From the human T2T-CHM13v2.0 reference genome, Homo sapiens, in assembly GCF_009914755.1 (NCBI RefSeq), contig NC_060925.1: a stretch of DNA of 64,000 bases, one strand, 5' to 3'. The position numbers and the translations under genes were made by a program. Under the pieces are notes generated by a model. The model did not search any database, was not told the origin of the DNA, and was given only the letters and a program-made list of their open reading frames with translations. Numbering within the stretch: the stretch's first letter is position 1; each line of letters begins with the position of its first letter. This document shows, in pieces, positions 63,105 through 64,000 of this stretch.

Positions 63105-64000
63105 TCAGTGAAAATTAGTGCCTATAGGTACACATATCATGATGGAGGAATCTCATAAGGATGAGGCAGTAGAGTAAGCAGCGATACATGCCTACATGTG
63201 GTTTCATTCATATGAAGTCAAAAAACAGACAGAACTAAGGCATATGTTGTCTGTTAGTATATGGTAAAACAATAAAGAGATATAAGGAAATGAAAAGGCA
63301 TTAAATTCAGAATATTAGTTATTTCTGACCAAATGGAGGACAGTGGAACCAGAGGCTCTATTTCTTAATCTGGGTGGTAATTACATGAATGTTCAATTGT
63401 TATTTTGCAAAAAAAATGTACAAATAACATTATATGTCTTCTGTGTGTTAGGTACATCACAATTGGAAAGTTAAAAAGAAAAGAAAAAAATTAACTTGAA
63501 GAAAAAGATTATATCACGTGAGGATCTATTGAGTGCCTAATACATTTTCCCACTTACAGTAGAAACTTGAAAATATGATTGTTGATTACCAACAGATGAC
63601 TATCCCGAAATGTTTCATTTAAAAGGTCATTGCATGTTCAAAAGTTAAAAAACAATAATGAGTAGTTTTCTAGATTGTTCTAGAACTGACTCTAACCTTA
63701 ATGATAAAATATATTTTGTATGACTTTGAAGCCGTCCTCTCCTTCAAAGAGGCTGTGTTATCCCAGCGGCTACAAATCTCTATTAGTGTTTCACCTAAAT
63801 GGAGACAAATTTCCTGAGAGTACCGATGACACTGGTACATTTGACACAGGCACCCCAACCCAAAATAAATTTGACTATTACATATGTGTATTGATAGCCC
63901 CATAAATCAAAATCATAAGCAGAAGAAGGTATGTTATCTCTGGTTCTTCCAGAAAATTGTGACAAAAATTACCTAACTCATAATCACTTTACCCTGGCTC

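Overview
Human genomic DNA: about 25 Alus, including a near-consensus AluYa5, which is a human-specific subfamily. The window is almost entirely a long intron of C1orf21 (+ strand). One 77-nt coding exon lies at 61966-62042 (EKSASSNVRLKTNKEVPGLVHQPRA[N]). The rest is interspersed repeats: Alu, L1, L2, MIR, MaLR LTRs and DNA transposons (HSMAR2 mariner, piggyBac MER75, Charlie1a/4a, Tigger3a, MER47A, MER2). The best finding is a ~2.1-kb TRMT2B processed pseudogene. Its target-site duplication encloses a long 5' leader, the spliced CDS up to ...STRN, and then an LTR-like 3' end in place of the catalytic C-terminus, so it may be a fossil of an LTR-terminated TRMT2B isoform. Other notable items: an old Alu that seems to carry its source locus 3' flank up to a Pol III terminator, a 22-nt poly(A)-tailed micro-insertion inside HSMAR2, young AluYa5 and AluYe5 insertions, a candidate poison exon, and an inverted AluY pair bracketing the coding exon. 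Gene and repeat names come from my recollection of sequences, not from a database search. Repeat boundaries are approximate unless a TSD or TIR is quoted.
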